Source of the DNA: Rhodothermales bacterium
GTDB taxonomy: Bacteria > Bacteroidota > Rhodothermia > Rhodothermales > JAHQVL01
Direction: 5' to 3'
Assembly: GCA_045106435.1 (NCBI GenBank)
Contig: JBGCEN010000084.1
Coordinates: 9,231 to 73,230 of the forward strand
Length of the DNA stretch: 64,000 bases
Position 1 is the stretch's first letter, and each line of letters starts with the position of its first letter. A program made the position numbers and the translations under genes. Below, piece after piece: positions 48,430 to 58,964 of this stretch. The notes under the pieces are model-generated. The model was not told the DNA's origin. It worked only from the letters and a program-made list of their open reading frames with translations, and made no database searches.

Positions 48430-48496
48430 AGTAGTCAGTTATTAGTTATCAGTTTTAAGAATTAATTGACCACTGAGAACTGACCACTGATAACTT
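48430..48496. repeat. Copy of the TCAGT/ACTGA-rich inverted-repeat element family (divergent promoter region)
   Basis: agtagtcagttat (48430-48442) is identical to 44874-44886. agttatcagt (48444) pairs with actgataact (48486). cactgagaactgac resembles cactgaaaactgac at 18696. Confidence 0.65.
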
Positions 48497-48681
48497 AATG
48501 GTTTATTATAAAATTCGATGGAGGAACGATACAATAGTCATGACAGTTTCGTTCTTTGTTGCCACGATTTGTCCATTTGGTTTTTTTGTCGTGGCACTTT
48601 CGATTAGAAAGCCATATTCATGTAACCCCCGAAGGAGTGGGGCGTACCACTTGAAACCCGAGTGTACATAAACGTAGCTAG

Positions 48682-49365
48682 ATGTATTCCAATTCTATTC
48701 GGCCAGTTACAAATTTTTCAGTTTTTCCGCCGGTTCTAAAGAATCTACTGATAATAAATGGACTGTTCTTCCTGGCACAAAATCCAGCGGACAGCCCGAT
48801 TGCAGTGTTTCTTAGAGACTGGCTTGCCCTGTGGCCTATCGGAGCACCTGATCAGATTTATACTGCGCAGGGCTTGCGGGCTACTGGCGATTTCTGGCCG
48901 TGGCAACTGATTACCTACGGTTTTTTGCATGGCGACCTCACGCATATATTGTTTAATATGTTTGCGTTGTGGATGTTTGGCGTCCAGATAGAAAATGCCT
49001 GGGGGTCGCGTCGGTTTGCAATATTCTATTTTGTATGTGTTGTTGGCGCCGGCTTAATTCAGTTGGCCACCTCGGTTGGGCAAGGATACTATACTGTCGG
49101 TGCCTCCGGGGGAGTGTACGGCATTCTGCTCGCTTTCGGCATGATGTTTCCCAACAACGAGATATTCCTGCTGTTCTTACCCATTCCAATTAAGGCGAAA
49201 TGGTTTGTTTTGGGACTGGGTGTGTTTGCCATCTTTGGTGGATTTACCGGAGCTGCTTCGGGGACGGCACACTTTGCTCACTTGGGCGGCATGGTTTTTG
49301 GGTTTCTGGTCATGCAATATTGGCGCGGCAAATTGCCGATCAAACCCGCAGAAAGAATGCTTTAG
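48682..49365 (+). CDS. Rhomboid-family intramembrane serine protease
   Basis: Catalytic contexts GASGGVYGIL (Ser) and AHFAHLGGMVFG (His), plus the HxxxN-like motif HILFNMFALW. Confidence 0.85.
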   Translation: MYSNSIRPVTNFSVFPPVLKNLLIINGLFFLAQNPADSPIAVFLRDWLALWPIGAPDQIYTAQGLRATGDFWPWQLITYGFLHGDLTHILFNMFALWMFGVQIENAWGSRRFAIFYFVCVVGAGLIQLATSVGQGYYTVGASGGVYGILLAFGMMFPNNEIFLLFLPIPIKAKWFVLGLGVFAIFGGFTGAASGTAHFAHLGGMVFGFLVMQYWRGKLPIKPAERML

Positions 49366-49534
49366 TAGCTGAAGTTGTTAAACCATACTCATTTGGTAAA
49401 CCAAAGCTTATTTAGCGTGTAATAAGTAAGGCATTAGATAAATTGCACATCCAGGTGTGCCCGATTCGTAAAACACCTGAAAACACTGTCTAAATGCATT
49501 CACAGCAACAACAACCTCTAAAGATAAACATCCT

Positions 49535-50488
49535 GTGAATCAGCTCAATACATGGTATAGAATGCAGCCGCCGGCGATTCGGACGCTGTTGACTATCAAT
49601 GTGGTCATTTATGTATTGTGGTTTTTGCTGCTGCAGCATTTCGATTTTATGCAAGGGTTATTCAACCGCCACCTTGCGTTACAAGCTGAACCTTCGACCT
49701 TTCTTTTCCAGCCGTGGCAACTTATTACATATAATTTCCTGCATCTGGGCACAGATCTAAGCGGTATTTTGCATATTACGTTCAATATGCTGTGGCTTGT
49801 CTGGATAGGCAGGGATTACGAAGAATTGCATGGCTCTCACCGATTGCTGGCCGTTTATATTATCGCCGGCATCGGCGGTGGCATTTTGTCGATTGTGCTT
49901 GAAGGGTTATTTCCAGGGGGGAATACTGCAGGTGCTGCAACCAAAGTGATTGTGCATGGCGCTTCAGCTTCTGTACTTGGTATTATGATGACCATGGCTA
50001 TCCTGCATCCTTATAAAAGCGTGGGATTGCTTTTCCTTGGTACGGTTCGCCTGCTGTATATCGTTCTTGGTTTTCTTGTTATAGATGCCCTCTTCCTGAA
50101 GGGAAATGCAGTTGGTGCACATTGGGGCGGCGCTCTATTTGGCTTTTTATTCGCAAAAGCTGAATCTTCGGGTGTAGATCTTTCCAGTTGGGCGGGCTAT
50201 TTTTTCAGTGGGAAGTCTCGTAGTAAATCATCGGGAAGTACCGAAAGCCAGGGTGTGATGCAGAAACTGGAAAATTGGCTGGCTTCTAAAGGCGATACAA
50301 AAGAGCCCCAGCCCAAAAATACGCCGACCCGAGAACGCACCTGGCGGCGTACAGAAGTTGACGTTGAAGTTATTGAGACGTCTAAGGAGGACGAGGTGGA
50401 TCGTATTCTAGATAAAATTAGCGCAGAAGGATATGAAGCGCTCACACCAGCAGAAAAGAAAATATTGTATGAGGCTAGCCGCAAGTAG
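49535..50488 (+). CDS. Rhomboid-family protein (second tandem paralog) with a charged C-terminal extension
   Basis: HITFNMLWLVW, HGASASVLGIM and GAHWGGALFG. C-terminal tail ...EDEVDRILDKISAEGYEALTPAEKKILYEASRK. GTG start as in the track. Confidence 0.8.
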   Translation: MNQLNTWYRMQPPAIRTLLTINVVIYVLWFLLLQHFDFMQGLFNRHLALQAEPSTFLFQPWQLITYNFLHLGTDLSGILHITFNMLWLVWIGRDYEELHGSHRLLAVYIIAGIGGGILSIVLEGLFPGGNTAGAATKVIVHGASASVLGIMMTMAILHPYKSVGLLFLGTVRLLYIVLGFLVIDALFLKGNAVGAHWGGALFGFLFAKAESSGVDLSSWAGYFFSGKSRSKSSGSTESQGVMQKLENWLASKGDTKEPQPKNTPTRERTWRRTEVDVEVIETSKEDEVDRILDKISAEGYEALTPAEKKILYEASRK

Positions 50489-50509
50489 GCTAATTTAAAC
50501 AGGATATTT

Positions 50510-51589
50510 GTGCGACGATTTTTGTGGATTGCCTTTTTGACTTTTGATGCGCTGGTTTTATGCTTGTTTGCAGCCGGCTATATCGGTCGTTACGTAGATC
50601 CTCGCACGTTTTGGTTACCGCAACTCTTTGCTATTGGCTTACCCCTGCTCAGTGTCTTGATCCTAATGGCCACTGTTGTGTTTGGTGTTGTTAAAAGATG
50701 GTTGATGGTTGCGATTCATCTCTCCTTCGCTGTCTTAATAATTATTCGGTTTTCCTCCTTCGAGAGCACGTCTGTCGGCTCGGATAGTAGCGCTGAAACC
50801 CTCCGCATTGCTTCGTATAATTTGGGCCACTTTGAGATTTTCTCCCAGGTAGAACAAGCCAAAAAGCTGGGCGAAGTGCTTGGATTGCTTTATCCGGATA
50901 TTTTGGGACTCCAGGAATTTATGGTCCGCTATAGGGGGCGTGAGCTGCGTATCCGCAATTTACCCTATGTAGCAAATAAACTCGATTCTTTAGGATTTCA
51001 GACCGTAGCAACTTCTTTTCACGATGTGCCTACCACCTTTAAACCTGTTTGGTCTCGCCGCGATAAACTGAGTCAGGAGAAAAAACAACGCGTCAAAATT
51101 GGAGAGGAGGGATATGAAGTGATGTCCTTTACGCGCATGCAATTTGAATGGGGGGGCAAAGATGCGGCATTTTATAACGTGCATTTAAGAACATTCGGAT
51201 CGAAAAAGCCGTGGCTGGAAGATAACATGAGCCCACTGAGTCCGAGGTTCTGGTTTTTTTACCTGGCTCAGTACAAAGAAGCCTTCAGGTATCGCGCGTG
51301 GCAGGCTGAAAAAATCAAGGAGTTTATTTCAAACGAGACCATACCCGTTATCCTGAGTGGAGATTTTAATAGCACACCACATAACTGGGCATACTACCAT
51401 TTGGCTGACGGCTTGAAAGATGTACATGGTGTGGACAACATATGGAAGACCTCCTATCACGTAAGTTTTCCACTGGCCAAAATAGACCACATGCTTGTGA
51501 CGCCTGACTGGAAGATTTACGAAGCATCCATTCCACCGCTGGATTATTCTGACCACCGGCCGCTGGTTGCCGTGCTTGGCTGGCAATAG
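50510..51589 (+). CDS. Membrane-anchored endonuclease/exonuclease/phosphatase (EEP) family protein
   Basis: Three N-terminal TM helices followed by EEP motifs (LRIASYNL, ILGLQEF, LSGDFNSTP, SDHRPLV). Confidence 0.8.
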   Translation: MRRFLWIAFLTFDALVLCLFAAGYIGRYVDPRTFWLPQLFAIGLPLLSVLILMATVVFGVVKRWLMVAIHLSFAVLIIIRFSSFESTSVGSDSSAETLRIASYNLGHFEIFSQVEQAKKLGEVLGLLYPDILGLQEFMVRYRGRELRIRNLPYVANKLDSLGFQTVATSFHDVPTTFKPVWSRRDKLSQEKKQRVKIGEEGYEVMSFTRMQFEWGGKDAAFYNVHLRTFGSKKPWLEDNMSPLSPRFWFFYLAQYKEAFRYRAWQAEKIKEFISNETIPVILSGDFNSTPHNWAYYHLADGLKDVHGVDNIWKTSYHVSFPLAKIDHMLVTPDWKIYEASIPPLDYSDHRPLVAVLGWQ

Positions 51590-51655
51590 GTTGCCCAGTG
51601 TCTGAGTAAGGTTGTGGCAAGTTAATAAACGTCTGGTTTTTCAACACTTGAAGAA

Positions 51656-51713
51656 GAGAGCATAGAGAAAGAGTGGAAAATTAGATCCTCTCCCCCTCTT
51701 TCTCTATGTTCTC
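51656..51713. terminator. 18-bp-stem hairpin downstream of the EEP gene (terminator-like, no clear U-tract)
   Basis: gagagcatagagaaagag ... ctctttctctatgttctc, with one mismatch. Confidence 0.4.
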
Positions 51714-52025
51714 TAACCCTCTTCATGCACGGACTGTCCAAAAATTATCTCGACGCTACACTCGTTTAATTCTCCTGAATTAGATCATCGCTTTCAACTG
51801 TTAAATATCGGTGAGCCGGCGCAACTTGTTCTTCAAAACATGCGTTACTACCGCTGCTATCGCTTCAGTATTTTTTGCTCTGCCCCTGTAAAGTAGCAGA
51901 TACGTTACTGAGAGCAGAATATGAACATGGTTGTTCGCCCCTTCTATGGGGTATTTGCAGTAGACCACCGTCTGAAAAATCTGCAACTTGCGATCATTGA
52001 GAATTAAAATATTTGCTAAATCATA

Positions 52026-53108
52026 ATGGAAAGACCACGCCGTCATTCTCGTGCTGTATTTGTAGGTGATGTACAGGTTGGGGGAGGAGCCCCTATATCG
52101 GTGCAATCAATGACTGTTTCTAAAACACATGATGTAGAAACATGTCTTACTGAGATCGAAGGACTGGCAGCCGCCGGCGCTGATATTGTTCGTGTTGCAG
52201 TGCCAAGGCCCGAGGATGCAGAGGCTTTGCCTGATATTGTGAAAGGCGCAAGTGTGCCTATCGTGGCGGATATTCATTTTAATTACCAGTATGCCTTGAA
52301 GGCGATCGAAGCAGGTATTGCCAAGGTTCGTCTTAATCCGGGTAATATTGGCAAGCCCGAATGGGAGCGCGAAGTTTTATTGGCTGCCAAGGAGGCGGGT
52401 ATTCCAATTCGAATTGGCGTCAACTCAGGCTCTTTGGAGCGCGATATTCTGGATAAATACGGATTCCCAAAGCCAGAAGCCCTCTATGAGAGCGCCATGC
52501 GCCATATAGAGATCTGCGCTGCCAATGGTTTTGAAGACATCATTATCTCTGTAAAACATTCAGATGTCTACTTTATGATCCAGGCGTACAAGTTGTTGGC
52601 TGAGAGAACCGATTTTCCACTGCATTTAGGGGTTACCGAGTCTGGTACGGTGAGCTCCGGGACAGTCAAGAGTTCTATAGGTATTGGTGCTTTACTCGCC
52701 GAAGGAATTGGTGATACCATTCGGGTATCATTGACTGCTGATTCCGTAAATGAAGTAGAAGTTGGGCATCAGATTCTGAAATCATTGCGCCTTGGTCGTC
52801 CGGGTGTTAATATAATTGCCTGCCCAACCTGTGGCCGGCTCGAAGTTGATCTTTTCAAAATAGCAGAAGATGTAGAGCAGGCCGTGAAGGCAAGGAAGTT
52901 TGATAAAGACCTTAACGTTGCCTTAATGGGTTGCGCTGTGAATGGCCCTGGAGAAGCAGCCGGCGCCGATCTTGGTGTTGCCTGCGGACGAGGTCGGGCC
53001 CACTTATTCAAAAAAGGCAAAATCATCAAAACAATCCCGGAAGACAAGATTGTTGAATCGATTCTCGAAGCTATCGAAAACTGGGAAGAGGAAGAAGTAC
53101 AGGTTTAG
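52026..53108 (+). CDS. ispG: 4-hydroxy-3-methylbut-2-en-1-yl diphosphate synthase (flavodoxin)
   Basis: GcpE hallmarks: PISVQSMT, RVAVP, RLNPGNIG, IACPTCGR, MGCAVNGPGE. Confidence 0.95.
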   Translation: MERPRRHSRAVFVGDVQVGGGAPISVQSMTVSKTHDVETCLTEIEGLAAAGADIVRVAVPRPEDAEALPDIVKGASVPIVADIHFNYQYALKAIEAGIAKVRLNPGNIGKPEWEREVLLAAKEAGIPIRIGVNSGSLERDILDKYGFPKPEALYESAMRHIEICAANGFEDIIISVKHSDVYFMIQAYKLLAERTDFPLHLGVTESGTVSSGTVKSSIGIGALLAEGIGDTIRVSLTADSVNEVEVGHQILKSLRLGRPGVNIIACPTCGRLEVDLFKIAEDVEQAVKARKFDKDLNVALMGCAVNGPGEAAGADLGVACGRGRAHLFKKGKIIKTIPEDKIVESILEAIENWEEEEVQV

Positions 53109-53166
53109 AGACGTCAAGTCAGATCTTGCTGCTTTTTGTTGGGTTGTCTTATTCTGTTTGATTGCA

Positions 53167-54654
53167 ATGGCTCCCCGTATGGGGCTAGCCCAATCGATTA
53201 AGAAGTTGGTGCCAGATGCCATCATGGCGTCAGATCAATTTGGACGCGCCGTATCTATAAGCGGCAATACATTGATCATTGGCGCTAATTTTCACGACGA
53301 TATTGCGGAAGACGCCGGCGCTGCCTTTGTCTACGAAAAGGAGGGTGCAGATTGGAATCTGTCTGATACAATTGTATTGACCGAGGGGAGTGACTCTGAT
53401 GGATTTGGATTTTCGGTAGCTGTAGATGGTGATTTTGCCATTATTGGTGCGCTTGGTGATGATGAAAAAGGGATCAATGCCGGCGCTGCCTACATTTTTT
53501 TTCGCGATGGTGCTGCCTGGAGCCTGCAAAGTAAACTCACGGCTAATGACGGCACGGCAAACGATGCTTTTGGCTTCTCTGTGGCAATAAGTGGCGATTT
53601 GGCTCTGGTGGGAGCACGAGGCGCGGATGAGCAAGGCAATAGCTCTGGAGCAGCCTATCTATTTGTCAGATCTAATACCGGATGGGTTCAGCTGAACAAA
53701 CTAATGCCCATCAATGGCACCGGCGGTGATTTTTTTGGTACATCTGTAGCACTAAATCAAAACTACGCAGTCATAGGTGCGCTGCTCGCCAATGGATTTG
53801 ATGATAATTCTGGTGCAGCCTATGTGTTCGAAAACCGGGGAGCCATTTGGCTGGAAGCCGGCACCCTGATTGCAGATGATGGGCGTTCGCTTGACCAATT
53901 CGGTGTTTCTGTTGCACTCAGTGGCGATTTAATTGTGGTTGGCGCCCGGTCCAATGATGACAAGGCGCTGGAGGCCGGTGCAGCATATGTTTTTCGAAAA
54001 CAAGATGACGGTTTTGCGCAAGTAGATAAATTGCTTGCCATTGACGGCGTTGGGAATGATGCCTTTGGTCAGTCTGTTTCGCTAGGAGATTCATACATCG
54101 TAGTTGGTGCGCCCGGGGATGATGATGCCGGTTCAAGTGCAGGAGCAGCCTATCTTTATGAAGAGAAAAATGGCGCATGGCTACAGGTTGCAAAACTACG
54201 ACCCGAAGAAAATCTGACAAACGGAGGGATGGGCGTGGCTGTTGCAGCGAGTGGCACACAAACGGTTGCTGGTGCCTGGGGAAGCGAAGGGGAAGAAATT
54301 GTGCATGGTGCTGCGTTTGTGTTTGATTTATCCACCGTTTTAACTGATCTCGACGTTGAACCATTTATCTCTTCGCGTCTGCTCAAGCAGTTTGCCGCTT
54401 ATCCGAACCCGTTTGTTGGATCGGTTTCTATAGAAGCAGTACTGGCTTCGGCAGGTTGGGCAAAGATTGTTGTACAGGACGTAAGAGGGCTGGAAATTGC
54501 TGTATTGTTTGATGGCTACGCCGTAGAAGGACGCACTGAAGTGTCATGGGATGGCAAGGGGAGAGATGCCAAGCCTCAGCCGGCCGGCTTGTACTTCCTC
54601 TCTGTGATAACCCGGGAGGGGAAAAGATCAATTGGAGTGGTTAAAATCCAATAA
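53167..54654 (+). CDS. FG-GAP-like repeat (beta-propeller) T9SS cargo protein; start codon uncertain
   Basis: About eight repeats of D.FG.SV(A/S).SG....(V/I)GA...D......GAAY(V/L)F. C-terminal CTD AYPNPFVGSVSIEAVL...GLYFLSVITREG. The first ATG after the ispG stop is 53167, but the signal-peptide-like stretch (KSDLAAFCWVVLFCLIAMAP) lies upstream of it with no standard start codon. Confidence 0.65.
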   Translation: MAPRMGLAQSIKKLVPDAIMASDQFGRAVSISGNTLIIGANFHDDIAEDAGAAFVYEKEGADWNLSDTIVLTEGSDSDGFGFSVAVDGDFAIIGALGDDEKGINAGAAYIFFRDGAAWSLQSKLTANDGTANDAFGFSVAISGDLALVGARGADEQGNSSGAAYLFVRSNTGWVQLNKLMPINGTGGDFFGTSVALNQNYAVIGALLANGFDDNSGAAYVFENRGAIWLEAGTLIADDGRSLDQFGVSVALSGDLIVVGARSNDDKALEAGAAYVFRKQDDGFAQVDKLLAIDGVGNDAFGQSVSLGDSYIVVGAPGDDDAGSSAGAAYLYEEKNGAWLQVAKLRPEENLTNGGMGVAVAASGTQTVAGAWGSEGEEIVHGAAFVFDLSTVLTDLDVEPFISSRLLKQFAAYPNPFVGSVSIEAVLASAGWAKIVVQDVRGLEIAVLFDGYAVEGRTEVSWDGKGRDAKPQPAGLYFLSVITREGKRSIGVVKIQ

Positions 54655-54713
54655 ATAACCTTCTTCTCTGTATTGCCACCCATTTGAGGAGAATAGCCAC
54701 GCCACCTCTATGC

Positions 54714-57119
54714 CTACTCTTGTCGCAAGCTACGGACGGGATCTGTAAGTGCTACGCCGATGGACTGATAACTTACGGTAATCAGCGCAATGAGTAGCGA
54801 CAACACGCCGGCAGCCAGAAATACGCCGGCGCCCATCGTAACCTTGTAAGCAAATCCATCCAACCAGTGATTCATGGCGAAATATGAAATGGGTGCACCA
54901 ACGCTGATGCCGATCAATACGAGCAACGCAAATTCTTTTGAGACAAGCGTTGTTACGTTTAGCAAGGACGCTCCTAGTACTTTACGAATTCCTATCTCTT
55001 TTGTGCGCCCGGCAACAGTTAAGGAGGCGAGGCCAAACAAGCCAAGGCTTGCAACGAGAATGGCAAGAAACGCAGCATATCCAATAATTTTACTCCAGCG
55101 CTGCTCGTTTTGATAAGCTGTATTTAGGTCGTCGTCCAGGAAGCTGTAGGAAAAGGGCACATCAGGTGCAAGCGATTGCCAGGTTGCTTCTAGCGCGGCA
55201 ATGGTCTCTGGCATTTGGTCAGGACTTATTCTGATCAGGAGATTTCGAATGTCTCCCATGAACATAACCATCGGCTCAACAGACGAATGGAGCGAGCGGA
55301 AGTTAAAGTCTTCGATCACTCCTATGACCGTGGGATTATCTGCTGACTGGGGCCCTTGTAGTCCTGAAAGAACTTCTCCTACAGGTGATGTCCACCCAAA
55401 TTCCCGAACGAGTGCTTCATTGACAAGCACGGAGTGGGTAGAGTCGCTGGATAAGAAAGGCTGGAAGTCTCTTCCTGAAGCCAGTTCCATTTCCATAACA
55501 TCCACAAAAGAGGCATCAACGAAGTACATGTAAACCTCTTTGGAATCACCATTGTAATCAAACTGATTGGCCCAGTAACCCCGCTCAAAGCTATTGTTTA
55601 TACCTGTGATGCCAGCAATGTCCGTGCGTTGTTTTAACTCATTTTGGAAAAACGCTTGCGCTCTTTTGCCATCAACGCCCTGCGTTTCAATAACCACAAC
55701 TTGCTCTTTGTTAAATCCAAGATTTTGCTGATTAACATGTTGAAGTTGCTGGAGCATGACAAAGGTGCACACCATCAGGAATACAGAAATGGCAAACTGA
55801 AAAGTAACCAGAGAGCGGGTCATGAAATTTGCTCCTCCTACTTTCTGTACGTTTTTTATTGCCTGAATAGGTACAGCGCGGGAAAGAACCAGTGCGGGAT
55901 AGCTGCCGGCTATGGCGCCGGTAGCAAGCATGATCAGCAAAGAAGAGAGCACAAGCATCGGACTATTGCGATAATCGGTTTCCAGGCTTTGGCCAATCAG
56001 GTCGTTAAAAACCGGCAGTAAAAACTCAATGAACAAGAAACTTAGACCGAGTGCCAAAAAGCAAAACATAAAAGCCTCGCCCCAAAACTGTATCATCAAT
56101 TGAGATCTATACGCTCCTACAAGTTTTCGAACGCCAACTTCACGAGACCGCCTTGCAGAACGTCCAATGGCCAGCGTCATAAAGTTGATACAAGCTATCA
56201 ATAAAATTGCGAGTGCAATCCCGGCCAGAATGTACAGGTTGGTTGGATTGGTAGCCGTGGTAAAATCACTTTCAACAGAATTATCCATTCTGATGCTACT
56301 TAGAGACTGGATAGAAAACGCACCGTACGTTTGACCCGGGGCATAACCTTGTTCGCGAAGCTCCTCTGGCTCATTCGGAAAATAATGGGCCCGGAAGGAC
56401 GCTAGTTTGTTGGTAAGCGCACTACTAGAAGCGTCTTCTGTAAGTTTTATGAAGGTTGGAAAGCTATCCCATCCCCATTGTCCAGCCATTCTCTGTACCT
56501 GGCTGCTGTTCATAAGAGGAAGGACAATATCGAATTGAATACTTGAATTGGTTGGAGCATCTTTAAGAACGCCGGCTACAAAAAAATCTTCATATACATC
56601 TTTAAGCCGAATACTGAGCCGCTTACCTACAGGGTTTTCTTCACCGAAGTATTTTTGCGCTATGGTTTCAGAAAGCAGGACGTTATTGAGCGTCGAAAGT
56701 GCACTACTCGGATCTCCATGGATCAGAGGAAAGGAAAATACATTGAGGAAGGAAGGATCTGTAAATAGGAGGCTTTCATCGAAGATGGTCTGCTCTACTT
56801 TAACAAATCGCTCATACCGAATAAAACGTACATAGTCTTCTACTTCAGGCAAGTCAGCTTGCATAGCCGGCCCCATCGGCATGGCTTGATCGTCATAAAT
56901 CTCTTCGATGCTGCCATCAGGGTGAAAGTAGGTAGAGTAGACCCGATAGATGCGATCACTGTCTTCGTGAAATTGATCAAATGACAACTCACTCCGAACG
57001 TATAAAGTAATGAGGCAACAAAATGCCAAGCCAAGCGCCAGCCCAAATATGTTTATAAATGCGTATAGCTTTTGATTTCGTAAACTCCTGAGAGCAACTT
57101 TGAAATAATTAGAAAACAT
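54714..57119 (-). CDS. ABC transporter permease, FtsX/MacB-like (paralog of 12762..15143)
   Basis: 801 aa with the same architecture and N-terminal pattern (MFSNYFKVALRSLRNQKLYAFINIFGLALG). Confidence 0.85.
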   Translation of the reverse strand: MFSNYFKVALRSLRNQKLYAFINIFGLALGLAFCCLITLYVRSELSFDQFHEDSDRIYRVYSTYFHPDGSIEEIYDDQAMPMGPAMQADLPEVEDYVRFIRYERFVKVEQTIFDESLLFTDPSFLNVFSFPLIHGDPSSALSTLNNVLLSETIAQKYFGEENPVGKRLSIRLKDVYEDFFVAGVLKDAPTNSSIQFDIVLPLMNSSQVQRMAGQWGWDSFPTFIKLTEDASSSALTNKLASFRAHYFPNEPEELREQGYAPGQTYGAFSIQSLSSIRMDNSVESDFTTATNPTNLYILAGIALAILLIACINFMTLAIGRSARRSREVGVRKLVGAYRSQLMIQFWGEAFMFCFLALGLSFLFIEFLLPVFNDLIGQSLETDYRNSPMLVLSSLLIMLATGAIAGSYPALVLSRAVPIQAIKNVQKVGGANFMTRSLVTFQFAISVFLMVCTFVMLQQLQHVNQQNLGFNKEQVVVIETQGVDGKRAQAFFQNELKQRTDIAGITGINNSFERGYWANQFDYNGDSKEVYMYFVDASFVDVMEMELASGRDFQPFLSSDSTHSVLVNEALVREFGWTSPVGEVLSGLQGPQSADNPTVIGVIEDFNFRSLHSSVEPMVMFMGDIRNLLIRISPDQMPETIAALEATWQSLAPDVPFSYSFLDDDLNTAYQNEQRWSKIIGYAAFLAILVASLGLFGLASLTVAGRTKEIGIRKVLGASLLNVTTLVSKEFALLVLIGISVGAPISYFAMNHWLDGFAYKVTMGAGVFLAAGVLSLLIALITVSYQSIGVALTDPVRSLRQE

Positions 57120-57405
57120 GGATTTCCCCGTAAATATGTATGAGCTGACAGATCCGTATACTTCAAATCAAGTGCCATTGATTGTAAGTTCAATAAAAAC
57201 AATGCTAAAGATAGATATTCTGAAGTAAAATGAGCATTGCAATTGTTCGCCTGTGACACAAGAGGTGTTCAATTATGAACACTTGCTCAATGCGTAAATT
57301 GGAGAGAAATGCCTCTGGAACGGGGGACAAAAATCTGCAGATAGATTAGTAGATTAGAAATCCCCACCACGGGTCTTGTTTGCCAGAAGTATATCATCAG
57401 GTGTC

Positions 57406-58476
57406 ATGGATAAATTCAACAGCAGTGCCAATGCCTCGAGAAGAGGCTTTCTTAAATTATCAGCGCTTGCTATCCCGTTTGTAAAGGGGGCCGGCGTTGG
57501 GAAAGAAGTCATGAAAGACATGCAAGTGATAAAGCCAGCATCTTTACAACATGGAGACACGGTTGGACTTGTCAGCCCGGCAGGGGTTACTTATGAGTCT
57601 GTGCAAATTGACATTATCGAAGAAACACTCGATATGTTAGGACTGAAAATGAAGGCCGGCCAATACATGATGGATCGATGGGGCTACTTCGCAGGGACAG
57701 ATGAGCATCGGGCTGCCGACATAAACAACATGTTTGCTGACGAACACGTTGATGCAATTTTTGCGCTACATGGGGGCTGGGGTGCAGCAAGGGCACTGCC
57801 TTTCCTGGATTACGAAGTTATTCGGGCGAACCCCAAAATCTTCATGGGCTACAGTGATATCACTGCGTTGCTAATTGCGATTTATGCAAATACAGGGCTG
57901 ATCACTTTTCATGGCCCCAATGGGAATTCCGTTTGGAATGAGTTCTCAGCGAACTATGTTAAAAAGCTGCTATTTGATGCTGATAGTGTACTCTACAAAA
58001 ATCCGGAAGAAAAAGGAGATGCGCTGGTTGTAGTGAATGATCGGATTCGCACAATTTCTTCAGGCAAAGCAAGAGGAAAACTCGTAGGGGGAAATCTGAC
58101 TGTGCTTACCTCAATTATTGGATCTGATCAACTGCCCAATTGGGAGGGGCATATTCTGTTTCTTGAGGATATCGGAGAAGCGATATATAGAATTGATCGC
58201 ATGCTAACACAGCTCAAATTGTCAGGTGTACTGGATCAGATTGCGGGATTTGTCTTTGGGAATTGTAATGATTGTACAGCAAATAGTGGATACAATTCAT
58301 TTACACTCAATGAAATCCTCGATCACCACATTAAGCCCCTGGGAATCCCTGCATGGACAGGTTCGATGATTGGACATATCGAAAACAAATTCACCATTCC
58401 AATAGGCGTTGAAGCAGAAATTAATGCAGATCTAGGTCAGATCAAGCTACTTGAGCCGGCTGTATTTAAGCCGTAA
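57406..58476 (+). CDS. LD-carboxypeptidase (peptidase S66) with Tat-type signal
   Basis: Twin-arginine signal SRRGFLKLSALAIPFV. S66 patterns GDTVGLVSPAG, GYSDITAL (nucleophile Ser) and a distal H/E region. ATG 57406 is preferred over TTG 57376. Confidence 0.8.
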   Translation: MDKFNSSANASRRGFLKLSALAIPFVKGAGVGKEVMKDMQVIKPASLQHGDTVGLVSPAGVTYESVQIDIIEETLDMLGLKMKAGQYMMDRWGYFAGTDEHRAADINNMFADEHVDAIFALHGGWGAARALPFLDYEVIRANPKIFMGYSDITALLIAIYANTGLITFHGPNGNSVWNEFSANYVKKLLFDADSVLYKNPEEKGDALVVVNDRIRTISSGKARGKLVGGNLTVLTSIIGSDQLPNWEGHILFLEDIGEAIYRIDRMLTQLKLSGVLDQIAGFVFGNCNDCTANSGYNSFTLNEILDHHIKPLGIPAWTGSMIGHIENKFTIPIGVEAEINADLGQIKLLEPAVFKP

Positions 58477-58615
58477 AATATATCAGACAGGGTATGACAT
58501 TACCGTGTCACTTCTTGTTGTTACCTTTAAAGTGTTGAGTAAATACAGATGGGGAAGCGGGTGTACATGTTCATTGACATTGTGGCTTCTAGTGACCAAT
58601 CGATCTAGATAAGAT

Positions 58616-58654
58616 AAAAAAAATCATGCGCCTGGTTAGCCCAAGAGCATGATT
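58616..58654 (-). terminator. Rho-independent terminator closing the lexA-like operon
   Basis: On the minus strand: aatcatgc ... gcatgatt followed by T8 (plus-strand A run 58616-58623). It lies about 65 nt after the stop at 58717. Confidence 0.7.
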
Positions 58655-58716
58655 CTTTGCTGTTACTGATTGTCAGTGCTGTTAAAGATTGATCGTGCGA
58701 ATGTAGTTATCTGTAA

Positions 58717-58905
58717 TCAGGATTTGCCCTGCCGTTTCTTTCTGGCCGTTTCTCGTTGCCTGTACATCTTCTGGGAGCAGGCTCGCGAGCAATAGTCGCG
58801 TTGGCGTCCAGCGAGTTTGTTCGGGCATTCAGGATTTTTGCAAGGAACGTCTTTTAGTTTACGTGCTGGCTTTCTTCTTTTTTTCGGATTCTTTGGTTTT
58901 TCCAC
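58717..58905 (-). CDS. Small, very basic zinc-ribbon protein, or the C-terminal domain of the upstream ORF reached by a -1 frameshift
   Basis: VEKPKNPKKRRKPARKLKDVPCKNPECPNKLAGRQRDYCSRACSQKMYRQRETARKKRQGKS. Cys pattern C-x4-C...YCS-x2-C followed by Y-R-x-R. The only candidate start is GTG 58905. The frame is open upstream as far as 59007. Confidence 0.55.
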   Translation of the reverse strand: MEKPKNPKKRRKPARKLKDVPCKNPECPNKLAGRQRDYCSRACSQKMYRQRETARKKRQGKS

Positions 58906-58964
58906 AACATCGTCAGCCGGCGATGTGCGGGGACTTACAGAGCTACTAACTGGCCTCTCGCCCT

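Noticed and set aside
51801-52106. Minus-strand ORF 51801..52106
   Set aside because: It overlaps the ispG start and promoter region. Its composition is not protein-like and it has no recognisable motifs.
52942-53166. The track start of the FG-GAP protein ORF at 52942, overlapping ispG by 165 nt
   Set aside because: The overlapping part (MALEKQPAPILVLPADEVGPTYSKKAKSSK...) is the alternative-frame reading of the well-conserved ispG 3' end, so a real overlap of this size is unlikely.
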